Shown: positions 48,805 through 61,155 of the stretch, in pieces
Numbering within the stretch: position 1 is the first letter of the stretch
Layout of the letters: each line of letters starts with the position of its first letter
Source of the DNA: Eledone cirrhosa
Taxonomy: Eukaryota
Length of the DNA: 64,000 nt
Assembly: GCA_964016885.1 (NCBI GenBank)
Contig: OZ024740.1
Location: forward strand, 431,768,001-431,832,000
Reading direction: 5' to 3'
The notes under the pieces: model-generated
Told to the model about the DNA's origin: nothing
Databases searched by the model: none
The model's input: only the letters and a program-made list of their open reading frames with translations
Made by a program: the position numbers and the translations under genes

Positions 48805-49140
48805 CTTAAGGATTGGCATTTGTTGTTTTATTACCAGATCGAGCCTGCGATCCGGCCCATAAACTTTACTTGCTTTTTCTTCTTTAGTGCAGTTGAGTCT
48901 GGGTCCCTGAACTTCTAAACGCTGCTTCCCACGTACATTAATAGAATTACTATAATTTGCACGTGTTGGGGCAGTAGAAGGAGTTGTAGATGTTGTTACT
49001 GTTGTTCCAGTCAAGTTACCATCATTTAATATCAAACTACTGCTACTATTTGATGACTGAAGGGAGTTAGTACCTAGATTATAAGCAATACCCACAATTC
49101 GTAATTCTCCAGTCTGTTGTGGACTTAAGGAGAGTTGCAC
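48805..49140 (-). CDS. TRAPPC8: TRAPPC8 exon: VQLSLSPQQTGELRIVGIAYNLG...INVRGKQRLEVQGPRLNCTKEEKASKVYGPDRRLDLVIKQQMPILK
   Basis: Acceptor TGTAG|, donor AAG|GTAATT. 336 nt. GEL.I.G..YNLG and RGKQ.LE.QGPRLN.TKEEK.S..YGPDRRLD are characteristic TRAPPC8 motifs. Confidence 0.95.
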
Positions 49141-49555
49141 CTACAAACAACAAATATTTCTCTCTTTAATAACACAAAATATATTCAACATAGAATTTTT
49201 GTTTCTAATCAACTAAAACAATTCTACATAATATTCTCATTTGATAAAGGTGGAAGTAGCTTCAACCAGTGACAGGGTCTCTACATAGGCACTCAACCAT
49301 GTAAAGTCTAAATAACAGCCAAATTTTTCTCATACACAGACACTATGTCTGATCATATAACTACTTGATTAGGGATGACCTAGGGCTAAACAATACTGGC
49401 TCTGTAGTGAGAATTTTTCACCTTGAAATACTCAGATTAACAAGTGTGTTCCACGTTGAAGAGAGTGACAAAATGGACAAGGTTACTCTCATTTGGTCAT
49501 CTGCAGTAAGTGTATGAGGAAAGATTATCAAAAACTGTACTTCGTTTCTTCATTA

Positions 49556-50712
49556 ACAGCATTATAATACTATTACAGTATACTAACTGTTATAGTACAG
49601 TATACTAACTGTTATAATACTATTACAGTATACTATCTGTTATAATAGAGTATACTAACTGTTATAATACTATTACAGTATACTATCTGTTATAGTAGAA
49701 TATACTAACTGTTATAATACTATTACAGTATACTAACTGTTATAGTACAGTATACTAACTGTTATAATACTATTACAGTATACTAACTGTTATAGTACTA
49801 TTACAGTATACTATCTGTTATAGTACTATTACAGTATACTATCTGTTACAGTACTATTACAGTATACTATCTGTTATAGTACTATTACAGTATACTATCT
49901 GTTATAGTACTATTACAGTATACTATCTGTTATAGTACTATTACAGTATATCTGTTATAGTAGAGTATACTAACTGTTATAATACTATTACAGTATACTA
50001 TCTGTTATAGTACAGTATACTAACTGTTATAGTACTATTACAGTATACTATCTGTTATAGTAGAGTATACTAACTGTTACAGTAAAGTATACTACCTGTT
50101 ATAATACTATTACAGTATACTACCTGTTATAATACTATTACAGTATACTATCTGTTATAGTAGAGTATACTAACTGTTATAGTACAGTATACTAACTGTT
50201 ATAGTAGAGTATACTAACTGTTACAGTAAAGTATACTACCTGTTATAATACTATTACAGTATACTATCTGTTATAGTAGAGTATACTAACTGTTATAATA
50301 CTATTACAGTATACTATCTGTTATAATAGAGTATACTAACTGTTTTAGTACTATTACAGTATACTAACTGTTATAGTACGATTACAGTATACTAACTGTT
50401 TTAGTACTATTACAGTATACTAACTGTTTTAGTACTATTACAGTATACTAACTGTTATAGTACTATTACAGTATACTATCTGTTATAGTAGAGTATACTA
50501 ACTGTTATAGTACGATTACAGTATACTAACTGTTACAGTACTATTACAGTATACTAACTGCTATAGTACAGTATACTAACTGTTATAGTACTATTACAGT
50601 ATACTATCTGTTATAGTACAGTATACTAACTGTTATAGTACAGTATACTAACTGACATAATACTATTACGGTATACTATCTGTTATAGTAGAGTATACTA
50701 ACTGTTATAGTA
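49556..50712. repeat. AT-rich quasi-palindromic satellite (22- and 28-bp units), left part
   Basis: Interspersed units TACTATTACAGTATACTA(A/T)CTGTTATAG and TA(G/C)AGTATACTAACTGTTATAG. Confidence 0.93.
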
Positions 50713-50716
50713 CTGT

Positions 50717-53700
50717 AGTAAGACGCCCCACGCTCCTTGATAGAACAACGCCGGTTGAGAACGCGAGAAAGAAAAGACAGACAGCCACTGGAAAGCCGAC
50801 TGATCACACGCCAGAAACCAGCCTCTGTACCACACCATTGTTTGTGCTACATCAAAAAATAAACGTATATTTCATCTCTAATTTCTGCTGTTGAAATCAT
50901 TATTATGTCACTTGTATCTAGATAACATCTATAACTAATACTGCACAGGTGCAGTTTGTTCTGTATGGCCTGTGTGTTGTATGAAGGAGATTCCCCCTGA
51001 GACGCCTATTGAGTTGCAGGCAGTAAATTGTTCGCCGATTCGAACTTTCGGACAAATCTCCTTACCTTTGCAGTTTCGTAATCTGCGGCGCGAGTTTAAA
51101 TGGATATTTACTGTCGCTGCCTTGCCGTATCCGATTCTAGGCGCGGATTTTCTCCATTTTTCATTGACGGTGGACCTCCGTCGTAAACGCCTAATTGATG
51201 GCATCACGGGATTAACTGTTGTTGGCAAGGCAGCAGGAGTTCCAACGGTTAGCCCGACATTTTTTCTTGCTAACACCGGTGATCCTTACCATGCGTTGTT
51301 GAACTCGTTCCCGCAACTGACTCGGGAAAATTTTCGATTTGATGAGCCAACTCATACCACGGAGCACTTCATATCTACAACTGGTGCTCCCGTTTTCTCT
51401 CGTCCTCGTCGCTTGCCTCCGGACAAACTCAAAGCAGCACGATCAGAGTTTGATCATATGCTGCAAATGGGGATTATTCGTCCGTCCACGAGCTCGTGGG
51501 CGTCCCCATTACACATGGTACCAAAAGCGAATGGCGATTGGAGACCTACTGGAGATTATCGACGCCTGAATTCGATAACGGTACCGGACCGTTATCCTAT
51601 CCCTCATCTGCAAGACTTTGCGTCTTCGTTGCAGGGATGCAAGATATTCTCCAAACTGGATTTAATTCGTGCGTACCATCAAATTCCTGTCCATAAAAAT
51701 GACATTCCAAAAACGGCTATAGTTACGCTATTTGGGTCTTTCGAGTTTTTGACTATGCCGTTCGGATTAAAGAATGCCGCTAGTACTTTTCAGCGGTTTA
51801 TGGATGAGGTTACTCGCAGCCTCGATTTCGTCTATACCTATATTGACGATCTGCTCATTGCTAGTTCTTCTCCAGAGCAGCATACGCACCATTTGAATCT
51901 TCTTTTCCGCCGATTGAAGGCGTATAATGTGCAGCTTAATGCACCCAAATGTGTTTTTGGTGCCGAGTCACTGACTTTCTTGAGTCACGTCATCGATGCT
52001 GACGGTATTAGACCTCAGCCTGAGCGAGTTAAGGTCATAGAGGATTTGCCTCCACCGACCTCACTACGTCAGTTACGCCAGTTCTTAGGTCTGGTTAACT
52101 TTTATAGGCGTTTCGTGCCAAATTGTGCAAAATTGCTTTTCTCCCTGACAGAAATTTTGAAAAATTGTCGGAGGAAGAACAAAGATATTTCTTTGACAGA
52201 CACTCAACTTGCTGATTTTCAGCACGCCAAAACTGTTTTGGCTAATGCTTCGTTACTGACTCATCCGGTACCCGGTGCAAAGCTAACGCTTTGTGTTGAT
52301 GCATCGGATATCGCTGTGGGCGCAGTACTACAGCAAAACATCAATGGTTACCAGCAACCGCTGGAGTTTTTTTCCAAAAAGCTAAATCCTGCTGAGACGC
52401 GCTACAGCACCTTTGGAAGAGAGCTTTTAGCCATCTATTTGGCCGTGAAACATTTTTCACATGTGCTAGAGGGTAGACAATTTACTATCCTCACTGACCA
52501 TAAACCATTGACTTTTGCTTTGAGAGCGAAGGCTGATAAATACTCGCCCAGAGAGACGAGACACCTTGATTTCATCTCGCAATATACGAGTGATATCCAG
52601 CACATTCCGGGTTCACTAAATACAGCGGCCGATGCTTTGTCCCGCTTACCCGTGACAGCGATCTCGTCATCCTCTGACATAGATCTGACTCGTTTGGCTG
52701 CGGATCAGCCTCCCCTTGAGTCACTGGATGTTACATCGCCTGAGTTTGCGAATTGCGTGATGAAATACTTGCCTCTGTCGACTGCAGTTGGCCAAATTCT
52801 CTGCGACGTCTCTTTGGACGTGCCTAGGCCCTTCGTTCCAGAGAATCATCGTCGGACCGTGTTTCTGGGATTACATAGTATCTCGCATCCAGGATCTTCT
52901 GCCACAGCAAAGCTCATATCAGCTAGATTTTTCTGGCCAAATATGAGGCGTGAAATTGCTGCTTGGTGCCGCTCCTGCGTCGCTTGCCAGAGATCAAAGG
53001 TCCATCGACACGTCAAGGCTCCCCTGGGTACCTTTGCTAATCCAGATGCGCGTTTTTCACATATTCATATTGACAAAGTCGGACCTTGGCCTGTCAGCGA
53101 TGGTTTTTCTTATCTGCTGACCGTCATTGACCGTTTTTCGAGATGGCCTGAGGCCATCCCCTTGAAAAACATCACCGCGGAGACAACAGCACGTGCTCTT
53201 GTGTCTGGATGGATCTCTCGTTATGGAGTTCCATCCACAATAACTACCGACCGTGGACGACAGTTCGAGTCAAGCCTTTTCCTCGAGCTGTCAAAATTAA
53301 TTGGTGCTAAACGCATTAGAACTACAGCGTACCATCCCGCTTCGAATGGTATGGTGGAGCGTTTTCACCGCCAACTGAAGGCCTCCTTAATGGCCGCAAT
53401 GGACTCGGCGCATTGGAGCGAGTACCTCCCTATTGTGCTACTAGGGATTCGGTCAACGGTGAAGGTCGACTTTGGATTTTCACCGGCCGAAGTACTGTAC
53501 GGTGCCCCTCTGACGTTGCCCGGGCAAATGCTGGCCCCTATCGATCTTGATGCCCAAGATCACGCTTTCTACATGTCCCGTTTGCGCTCCTATTTCCAGG
53601 ATTTGCCGCCAATGGACACTAGGAAACAAACTGTCAAGACTGCTGTCCCGAGGGATATTGCCTCGTGGACGCATGTCTTTGTAAGGAAAGATTCTGTGAA

Positions 53701-54458
53701 GCCCCCGCTCACACAGCCTTACACTGGACCTTACCGTGTCTTAGCGCGCTCGGCTAAGCATTTCACGTTAGATATTAAGGGGTCCAGGGAGACAGTTACA
53801 ATAAACAGGCTTAAGCAGGCGCACCTTGACACGGACGCTGTGGTTCCTGATCCACGAACCCCTTCGTATTTGCCTGTTGAGCGAACGACTGTTCCTGAAC
53901 CACCATCATCGCCTGTCCCTACACCACCACCATCGCCACGTTACAAGACCACGACCCGTTCAGGTCGTAGGGTCCACTGGCCCAAAAAATTTTGCAGCAC
54001 TGTCTATATTTAGACTATGTTAGCTGCACCTTTTTTTTTGCCTCTGTGTTTCTGTTTTTTCTTTGCCTTGTTTTTTTTATGCATGCATGTTTTTTTTTTT
54101 TTAAGATTTTTCAAATCCTTATTCTGGATTCAATTTTTGTTAGAGCGGATAGCTCCCCCTTGTTGCATTGTTCGCCATCTTACTCCACATGTGAGTAATG
54201 ACATCGATTTTCGATAATTTGAAAATCTGGCTCGAAGTAAGACGCCTCACGCTCCTTGATAGAACAACGCCGGTTGAGAACGCGAGAAAGAAAAGACAGA
54301 CAGCCACTGGAAAGCCGACTGATCACATGCAAGAAACCAGTCTCTGTACCACACCATTGTTTGTGCTACAACAAAAATAAACGTATATTTCATCTCTAAT
54401 TTCTGCTGTTGAAATCATTATTATGTCACTCGTATCTAGATAACATCTATAACTAATA
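50717..54458 (+). mobile_element. Ty3/Gypsy LTR retrotransposon (CsRn1/Kabuki-like), internally deleted (no gag)
   Basis: LTRs of about 224 bp at 50717-50940 and 54236-54458 (6 substitutions plus 1 indel by eye, AATAAA inside). CTGT flanks both ends as a possible TSD. Domain order PR-RT-RH-IN. Clade assignment is from remembered motif style ([25 protein letters not shown]). Confidence 0.92.
50945..54013 (+). CDS. Gypsy pol: truncated protease, RT, RNase H, integrase
   Basis: Open frame starts (x)TGAVCSVWP, a protease motif lacking the Asp. RT: [22 protein letters not shown] (51839-51850). RNase H: DAS..AVGAVL, RELLAI, TDHKPL, ADALSR. Integrase: HHCC, D-D-E (HID, TTD, VER), GPY. Confidence 0.93.
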   Translation, partial: TGAVCSVWPVCCMKEIPPETPIELQAVNCSPIRTFGQISLPLQFRNLRREFKWIFTVAALPYPILGADFLHFSLTVDLRRKRLIDGITGLTVVGKAAGVPTVSPTFFLANTGDPYHALLNSFPQLTRENFRFDEPTHTTEHFISTTGAPVFSRPRRLPPDKLKAARSEFDHMLQMGIIRPSTSSWASPLHMVPKANGDWRPTGDYRRLNSITVPDRYPIPHLQDFASSLQGCKIFSKLDLIRAYHQIPVHKNDIPKTAIVTLFGSFEFLTMPFGLKNAASTFQRFMDEVTRSLDFVYTYIDDLLIASSSPEQHTHHLNLLFRRLKAYNVQLNAPKCVFGAESLTFLSHVIDADGIRPQPERVKVIEDLPPPTSLRQLRQFLGLVNFYRRFVPNCAKLLFSLTEILKNCRRKNKDISLTDTQLADFQHAKTVLANASLLTHPVPGAKLTLCVDASDIAVGAVLQQNINGYQQPLEFFSKKLNPAETRYSTFGRELLAIYLAVKHFSHVLEGRQFTILTDHKPLTFALRAKADKYSPRETRHLDFISQYTSDIQHIPGSLNTAADALSRLPVTAISSSSDIDLTRLAADQPPLESLDVTSPEFANCVMKYLPLSTAVGQILCDVSLDVPRPFVPENHRRTVFLGLHSISHPGSSATAKLISARFFWPNMRREIAAWCRSCVACQRSKVHRHVKAPLGTFANPDARFSHIHIDKVGPWPVSDGFSYLLTVIDRFSRWPEAIPLKNITAETTARALVSGWISRYGVPSTITTDRGRQFESSLFLELSKLIGAKRIRTTAYHPASNGMVERFHRQLKASLMAAMDSAHWSEYLPIVLLGIRSTVKVDFGFSPAEVLYGAPLTLPGQMLAPIDLDAQDHAFYMSRLRSYFQDLPPMDTRKQTVKTAVPRDIASWTHVFVRKDSVKPPLTQPYTGPYRVLARSAKHFTLDIKGSRETVTINRLKQAHLDTDAVVPDPRTPSYLPVERTTVPEPPSSPVPTPPPSPRYKTTTRSGRRVHWPKKFCSTVYI

Positions 54459-54461
54459 CTG

Positions 54462-54940
54462 TTAAAGTACTATTACAGTATACTAACTGTTATAGTACAG
54501 TATACTAACTGTTATAGTACTATTACAGTATACTATCTGTTATAGTAGAGTATACTAACTGTTATAGTACAGTATACTAACTGTTTTAATACTATTACAG
54601 TATACTGTTATAGTAGAGTATACTAATTGTTATAGTACTATTACAGTATACTAACTGTTATAGTACTATTGCAGTATACTAACTGTTATAGTACTATTGC
54701 AGTGTACTATCTGTTATAGTAGAGTATACTAACTGTTATAGTACTATTACAGTATACTAACTGTTATAGTACAGTATCCTAACTGTTATAGTAGAGTAAA
54801 CTGTTATAGTACAGTATACAAACTGTTATAGTACTATTACAGTTTATTAACTGTTATAGTACAGTATACGAACTGTTATAGTACTATTACAGTTTATTAA
54901 CTGTTATAGTACAGTATACGAACTGTTATAGTACTAGTAT
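54462..54940. repeat. Same 22/28-bp satellite, right part (split by the LTR element)
   Basis: The same units resume immediately after the 3' LTR. Confidence 0.93.
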
Positions 54941-55029
54941 TAATAAATAAATAGGTAAAAAAAAACTGTTTCCTGAAGAGCAGTGTTATGCTGGACAGGT
55001 TTATCAAGATTAGTTTGAATATATAATAC

Positions 55030-58000
55030 TGAACCAATGTCCAGTATTGTTGTGTTGGACATGTTTACCAAAGCCATATTAAATTAACAGTGGTCAGTGA
55101 ACCAATGTCCAGGACATGTTTACCAAGACCAGTGGTCAGTGAACCAATGTCCAGGACATGTTTACCAAGACCAGTGGTCAGTGAACCAATGTCCAGGACA
55201 TGTTTACCAAGACCAGTGGTCAGTGAACCAATGTCCAGGACATGTTTACCAAGACCAGTGGTCAGTGAACCAATGTTCAGGACATGTTTACCAAGACCAG
55301 TGGTCAGTGAACCAATGTCCAGGACATGTTTACCAAGACCAGTGGTCAGTGAACCAATGTCCAGGACATGTTTACCAAGACCAGTGGTCAGTGAATCAAT
55401 GTCCAGGACATGTTTACCAAGACCAGTGGTCACTGAACCAATGTTCAGGACATGTTTACCAAGACCAGTGGTCAGTGAACCAATGTCCAGGATATGTTTA
55501 CCAAGACCAGTGGTCAGTGAATCAATGTCCAGGACATGTTTACCAAGACCAGTGGTCACTGAACCAATGTTCAGGACATGTTTACCAAGACCAGTGGTCA
55601 GTGAATCAATGTCCAGGACATGTTTACCAAGACCAGTGGTCAGTGAACCAATGTCCAGGTCATGTTTACCAAGACCAGTGGTCAGTGAACCAATGTCCAG
55701 GACATGTTTACCAAGACCAGTGGTCAGTGAACCAATGTCCAGGACATGTTTACCAATAACAGTGGTCAGTGAACCAATGTCCAGGTCATGTTTACCAATA
55801 ACAGTGAACCAATGTCCAGGACATGTTTACCAAGACCAGTGGTCAGTGAATCAATGTCCAGGTAATGTTTACCAAGACCAGTGAACCAATGTCCAGGACA
55901 TGTTTACCAATACCAGTGGTCAGTGAACCAATGTCCAGGACATGTTTACCAAGACCAGTGGTCAGTGAACCAATGTCCAGGACATGTTTACCAAGACCAG
56001 TGGTCAGTGAACCAATGTCCAGGACATGTTTACCAAGACCAGTGGTCAGTGAATCAATGTCCAGGTAATGTTTACCAAGACCAGTGAACCAATGTCCAGG
56101 ACATGTTTACCAAGACCAGTGGTCACTGAACCAATGTCCAGGACATGTTTACCAAGACCAGTGGTCAGTGAACCAATGTCCAGGACATGTTTACCAAGAC
56201 CAGTGGTCAGTGACCCAATGTCCAGGACATGTTTACCAATAACAGTGAACCAATGTCCAGGACATGTTTACCAAGACCAGTGGTCAGTGAATCAATGTCC
56301 AGGTAATGTTTACCAAGACCAGTGAACCAATGTCCAGGACATGTTTACCAAGACCAGTGGTCAGTGAACCAATGTCCAGGACATGTTTACCAAGACCAGT
56401 GGTCAGTGAATCAATGTCCAGGACATGTTTACCAAGACCAGTGGTCAGTGAATCAATGTCCAGGACATGTTTACCAAGACCAGTAGTCAGTGAACCAATG
56501 TCCAAGACATGTTTACCAAGACCAGTGGTCAGTGAACCAATGTCCAGGACATGTTTACCAAGACCAGTGGTCAGTGAATCAATGTCCAGGACATGTTTAC
56601 CAAGACCAGTGAACCAATGTCCAGGACATGTTTACCAAGACCAGTGGTCAGTGAATCAATGTCCAGGACATGTTTACCAAGACCAGTGGTCAGTGAATCA
56701 ATGTCCAGGACATGTTTACCAATAACAGTGAACCAATGTCCAGGACATGTTTACCAAGACCAGTGGTCAGTGAACCAATGTCCAGGACATGTTTACCAAG
56801 ACCAGTGGTCAGTGAATCAATGTCCAGGACATGTTTACCAATAACAGTGAACCAATGTCCAGGACATGTTTACCAAGACCAGTGGTCAGTGAACCAATGT
56901 CCAGGACATGTTTACCAAGACCAGTGGTCAGTGAATCAATGTCCAGGTAATGTTTACCAAGACCAGTGAACCAATGTCCAGGACATGTTTACCAAGACCA
57001 GTGAACCAATGTCCAGGACATGTTTACCAAGACCAGTGGTCAGTGAACCAATGTCCAGGACATGTTTACCAAGACCAGTGGTCAGTGAATCAATGTCCAG
57101 GTAATGTTTACCAAGACCAGTGAACCAATGTCCAGGACATGTTTACCAAGACCAGTGGTCAGTGAATCAATGTCCAGGTAATGTTTACCAAGACCAGTGA
57201 ACCAATGTCCAGGACATGTTTACCAAGACCAGTGGTCAGTGAACCAATGTCCAGGACATGTTTACCAAGACCAGTGGTCAGTGAACCAATGTCCAGGACA
57301 TGTTTACCAAGACCAGTGGTCAGTGAACCAATGTCCAGGAGATGTTTACCAATAACAGTGAACCAATGTCCAGGACATGTTTACCAAGACCAGTGGTCAG
57401 TGAATGTCCAGGTAATGTTTACCAAGACCAGTGAACCAATGTCCAGGACATGTTTACCAAGACCAGTGAACCAATGTCCAGGACATGTTTACCAAGACCA
57501 GTGGTCAGTGAACCAATGTCCAGGACATGTTTACCAAGACAAGTGGTCACTGAACCAATGTACAGGACATGTTTACCAAGACCAGTGGTCAGTGAACCAA
57601 TGTCCAGGACATGTTTACCAAGACCAGTGGTCAGTGAACCAATGTCCAGGACATGTTTACCAATAACAGTGGTCAGTGAACCAATGTCCAGGTCATGTTT
57701 ACCAAGACCAGTGGTCAGTGAACCAATGTCCAGGACATGTTTACCAAGACCAGTGGTCAGTGAACCAATGTCCAGGACATGTTTACCAATAACAGTGGTC
57801 AGTGAACCAATGTCCAGGACATGTTTACCAAGACCAGTGGTCAGTGAATCAATGTCCAGGACATGTTTACCAAGACCAGTGGTCAGTGAATCAATGTCCA
57901 GGACATGTTTACCAAGACCAGTGGTCAGTGAATCAATGTCCAGGACATGTTTACCAAGACCAGTGGTCAGTGAACCAATGTCCAGGACATGTTTACCAAG

Positions 58001-59287
58001 ACCAGTGGTCAGTGAATTAATGTCCAGGACATGTTTACCAAGACCAGTGGTCAGTGAACCAATGTCCAGGACATGTTTACCAAGACCAGTGGTCAGTGAA
58101 CCATTGTCCAGGACATGTTTACCAACACCAGTGGTCAGTGAACCATTGTCCAGGACATGTTTACCAAAACCAGTGGTCAGTGAACCATTGTCCAGGACAT
58201 GTTTACCAAAACCAGTGGTCAGTGAATCAATGTCCAGGACATGTTTACCAAGACCAGTGGTCAGTGAATCAATGTCCAGGACATGTTTACCAAGACTAGT
58301 GGTCAGTGAATCAATGTCCAGGACATGTTTACCAAGACCAGTGGTCAGTGAACCAATGTCCAGGACATGTTTACCAAGACCAGTAGTCAGTGAATCAATG
58401 TCCAGGACATGTTTACCAAGACCAGTGAACCAATGTCCAGGACATGTTTACCAAGACCAGTGGTCAGTGAACCAATGTCCAGGACATGTTTACCAAGACC
58501 AGTGGTCAGTGAATCAATGTCCAGGACATGTTTACCAAGACCAGTGGTCAGTGAACCAATGTCCAGGACATGTTTACCAAGACCAGTGGTCAGTGAATCA
58601 ATGTCCAGGACATGTTTACCAAGACCAGTGAACCAATGTCCAGGACATGTTTACCAAGACCAGGTCATGTTTACCAAGACCAGTGGTCAGTGAATCAATG
58701 TCCAGGACATGTTTACCAAGACCAGTGGCCAGTGAACCAATGTCCAGGTCATGTTTACCAAGACCAGTGGTCAGTGAACCAATGTCCAGGTCATGTTTAC
58801 CAAGACCAGTGGTCAGTGAATCAATGTCCAGGTCATGTTTACCAATAACAGTGGTCAGTGAACCAATGTCCAGGACATGTTTACCAATAACAGTGGTCAG
58901 TGAACCAATGTCCAGGACATGTTTACCAATACCAGTGGTCAGTGAACCAATGTCCAGGACATGTTTACCAATACCAGTGGTCAGTGAACCAATGTCCAGG
59001 ACATGTTTACCAAGACCAGTGGTCACTGAACCAATGTCCAGGACATGTTTACCAAGACCAGTGGTCACTGAACCAATGTCCAGGACATGTTTACCAAGAC
59101 CAGTGGTCACTGAACCAATGTCCAGGACATGTTTACCAAGACCAGTGGTCAGTGAACCAATGTCCAGGACATGTTTACCAAGACCAGTGGTCACTGAACC
59201 AATGTCCAGGACATGTTTACCAAGACCAGTGGTCAGTGAACCAATGTCCACGACATGTTTACCAAGACCAGTGGTCAGTGAACCAAT
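55030..59287. repeat. 42-bp tandem satellite, about 100 copies, with 35-bp deletion variants
   Basis: Unit GACCAGTGGTCAGTGAACCAATGTCCAGGACATGTTTACCAA. 14-aa periodic pseudo-ORFs on both strands. Confidence 0.97.
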
Positions 59288-59447
59288 ATTTTTCATTACC
59301 TTTTCATTGTTAACTACAACTGCACTAATGTCACAAGAACTAATACAGTAGAGATGTTATTCATGGTCAAGGCAGTTCGTCATTACATTAACTAGAACAA
59401 CATCACAAGAATATTGTAGAGGAGATGAAGAATGGAACTAAACTCAC

Positions 59448-59522
59448 CGGTAATTCCATACTTCCTGTTAATGTGACTTCTTTCAAAACTTCTGTGTGAA
59501 TAATTTCATCAGCCAATTTATT
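59448..59522 (-). CDS. TRAPPC8: TRAPPC8 exon: NKLADEIIHTEVLKEVTLTGSMELP
   Basis: Acceptor TTACAG|, donor CCG|GTGAGT. 75 nt, phase 0/0, in frame with both neighbours. Confidence 0.87.
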
Positions 59523-59791
59523 CTGTAAGAAAGATATAAAGATGACAAAACAGTAGAAACTACAAGACTGGAAAATTTTACTGAGAGTTCCCCACACTCT
59601 GAGGAAAGGAGTTTTAAGACCCAAAATATTAGGACTAAAAAAAAAAATAATAAATACCAAGTAACACAAATGTCTTCATTTAGACTAAATTTTACAGTCT
59701 TAAAAAATATCATTTTCTACATTATATACTATAGACAATGCTTCAAGCTAACTACATCATTCTATTATTAAGTAATTAATTGAACATATAG

Positions 59792-60495
59792 AAATGGTGT
59801 AGTGGTGAATATAATACAGTTTTAATGGTGTAGTGGTGAATATAATAGTTTTAATGGTGTGGTGGTGAATATAATACAGTTTTAATGGTATGAATGGTGG
59901 ATATAATAGTAGTGAATATAATACAATTTTAATGGTGTAATGGTGGATATAATAGTTTTAATGGTGTAGTAGTGAGTATAATAGTTTTAATTGTGTAGTG
60001 GTGAATATAATAGTTTTAATTGTGTGGTGGTGAATATAAAACAGATTTAATGGTGTAGTAGTGAATATAATAGTTTTAATGGTGTAGTGGTGAATATAAT
60101 AGTTTTAATGGTGTAGTGGTGAATATAAAACAGATTTAATTGTGTAGTAGTGAATATAATACAGTTTTAATGGTGTAGTGGTGAATATAATAGTTTTAAT
60201 GGTGTAGTGCTGAATATAATGGTTTTAATGGTGTAGTGGTGAATATAATGGTTTTAATTGTGTAGTGTTGTCTATAATAGTTTTGTGTAGTGTTTATAAT
60301 ACAGTTTTAATGCTGCCTATAATATAGTTTTAATGGTGTAGTGTTGCCTATAATACGGTTTTAATTGTGTAGTGTTGCTTATAATATAGTTTTAATGGTG
60401 TAGTAGTGAATATAATACAGTTTTAATTGTGTAGTGTTGTCTTTAATAGTTTTAATTGTATAGTGGTAAGTTGTGTCGATAATACAGTTTTAATT
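59792..60495. repeat. 29/31-bp minisatellite, about 23 copies, degenerating rightwards
   Basis: Unit AATGGTGTAGTGGTGAATATAATA(CA)GTTTT. Confidence 0.9.
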
Positions 60496-61006
60496 CCACT
60501 CTCACCAGACACTATACAGATATCCCACCAGACACTTTACAAATGTATAGAGGAAAATATTGGGAATTTTAGCAAATGTCTATAGTATCAATTTTGTAGT
60601 AAATAATGTTTAGAAAATAAAATAAAGATTTCTCAAGTTCAACTCATTGACATAACTTGTAAACAATAAAAAATGAAATACAAAAGGATGGGTACAATGA
60701 AGTAAATCAACGTGAGGAAGGATGAAAAGTCAAAAATAGAAACAGCAGAAGATTTTAAACATAAAATGTATTTAACCCTAAAGTATAGCAGGTGAAAAAT
60801 GATTTAAAAGGCACAACCTCTGCTTTTAAAATTGGCAGCACAAGGAGGATGAGAAATGTGAAAAGGTTTCTTAAGCTTATATAACATAAGGATTATTTGA
60901 AGTTTGGAAATGATTTCACTCTGATAGACTTTTAAAACATTCTCAAGTTATTCCAGTAAAGTAAAATTGAAACGATAGAAATAAGATTCAAGAAAATGTT
61001 TCTTAC

Positions 61007-61155
61007 TTTTACAGAAATAACTTCATTAGTTATAAGTGGTGATTTTTCTTGATTTTCAGGCAGATGAGGCAAAAATGTCCATAACAAAACCACATCAGTT
61101 AATAACAAGGTAATCTTAAGGGGGTTTACAAGATGAACTTCAACACTAACTTTTT
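61007..61155 (-). CDS. TRAPPC8: TRAPPC8 exon: EKVSVEVHLVNPLKITLLLTDVVLLWTFLPHLPENQEKSPLITNEVISVK
   Basis: Acceptor TTTCAG| at 61156, donor |GTAAGA at 61006. 149 nt, phase 1 to 0. NPLK.LLLTD..LLW.F matches TRAPPC8 (EPITVEVAFRNPLKVLLLLTDLSLLWKF). Confidence 0.92.

Noticed and set aside
47858-48809. Asp-rich biomineralisation-like protein (DDDGDN)n
   Set aside because: GAT-based microsatellite antisense in an intron, with no signal peptide, ATG context or splice support.
54014-54235. env or extra ORF after Gypsy pol
   Set aside because: Only about 220 nt of T-rich sequence. The Phe-rich ORFs are compositional artefacts.
55030-59351. Long 14-aa-repeat ORFs (SEPMSRTCLPRPVV, NQCPGHVYQDQWSV, TTGLGKHVLDIGSL)
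   Set aside because: A 42-bp unit keeps several frames open trivially, and frequent 7-bp deletion variants shift the frame, which argues against coding constraint.
1-60495. CRISPR-like arrays
   Set aside because: Units are head-to-tail with no unique spacers, there are no cas genes, and the context is eukaryotic introns.
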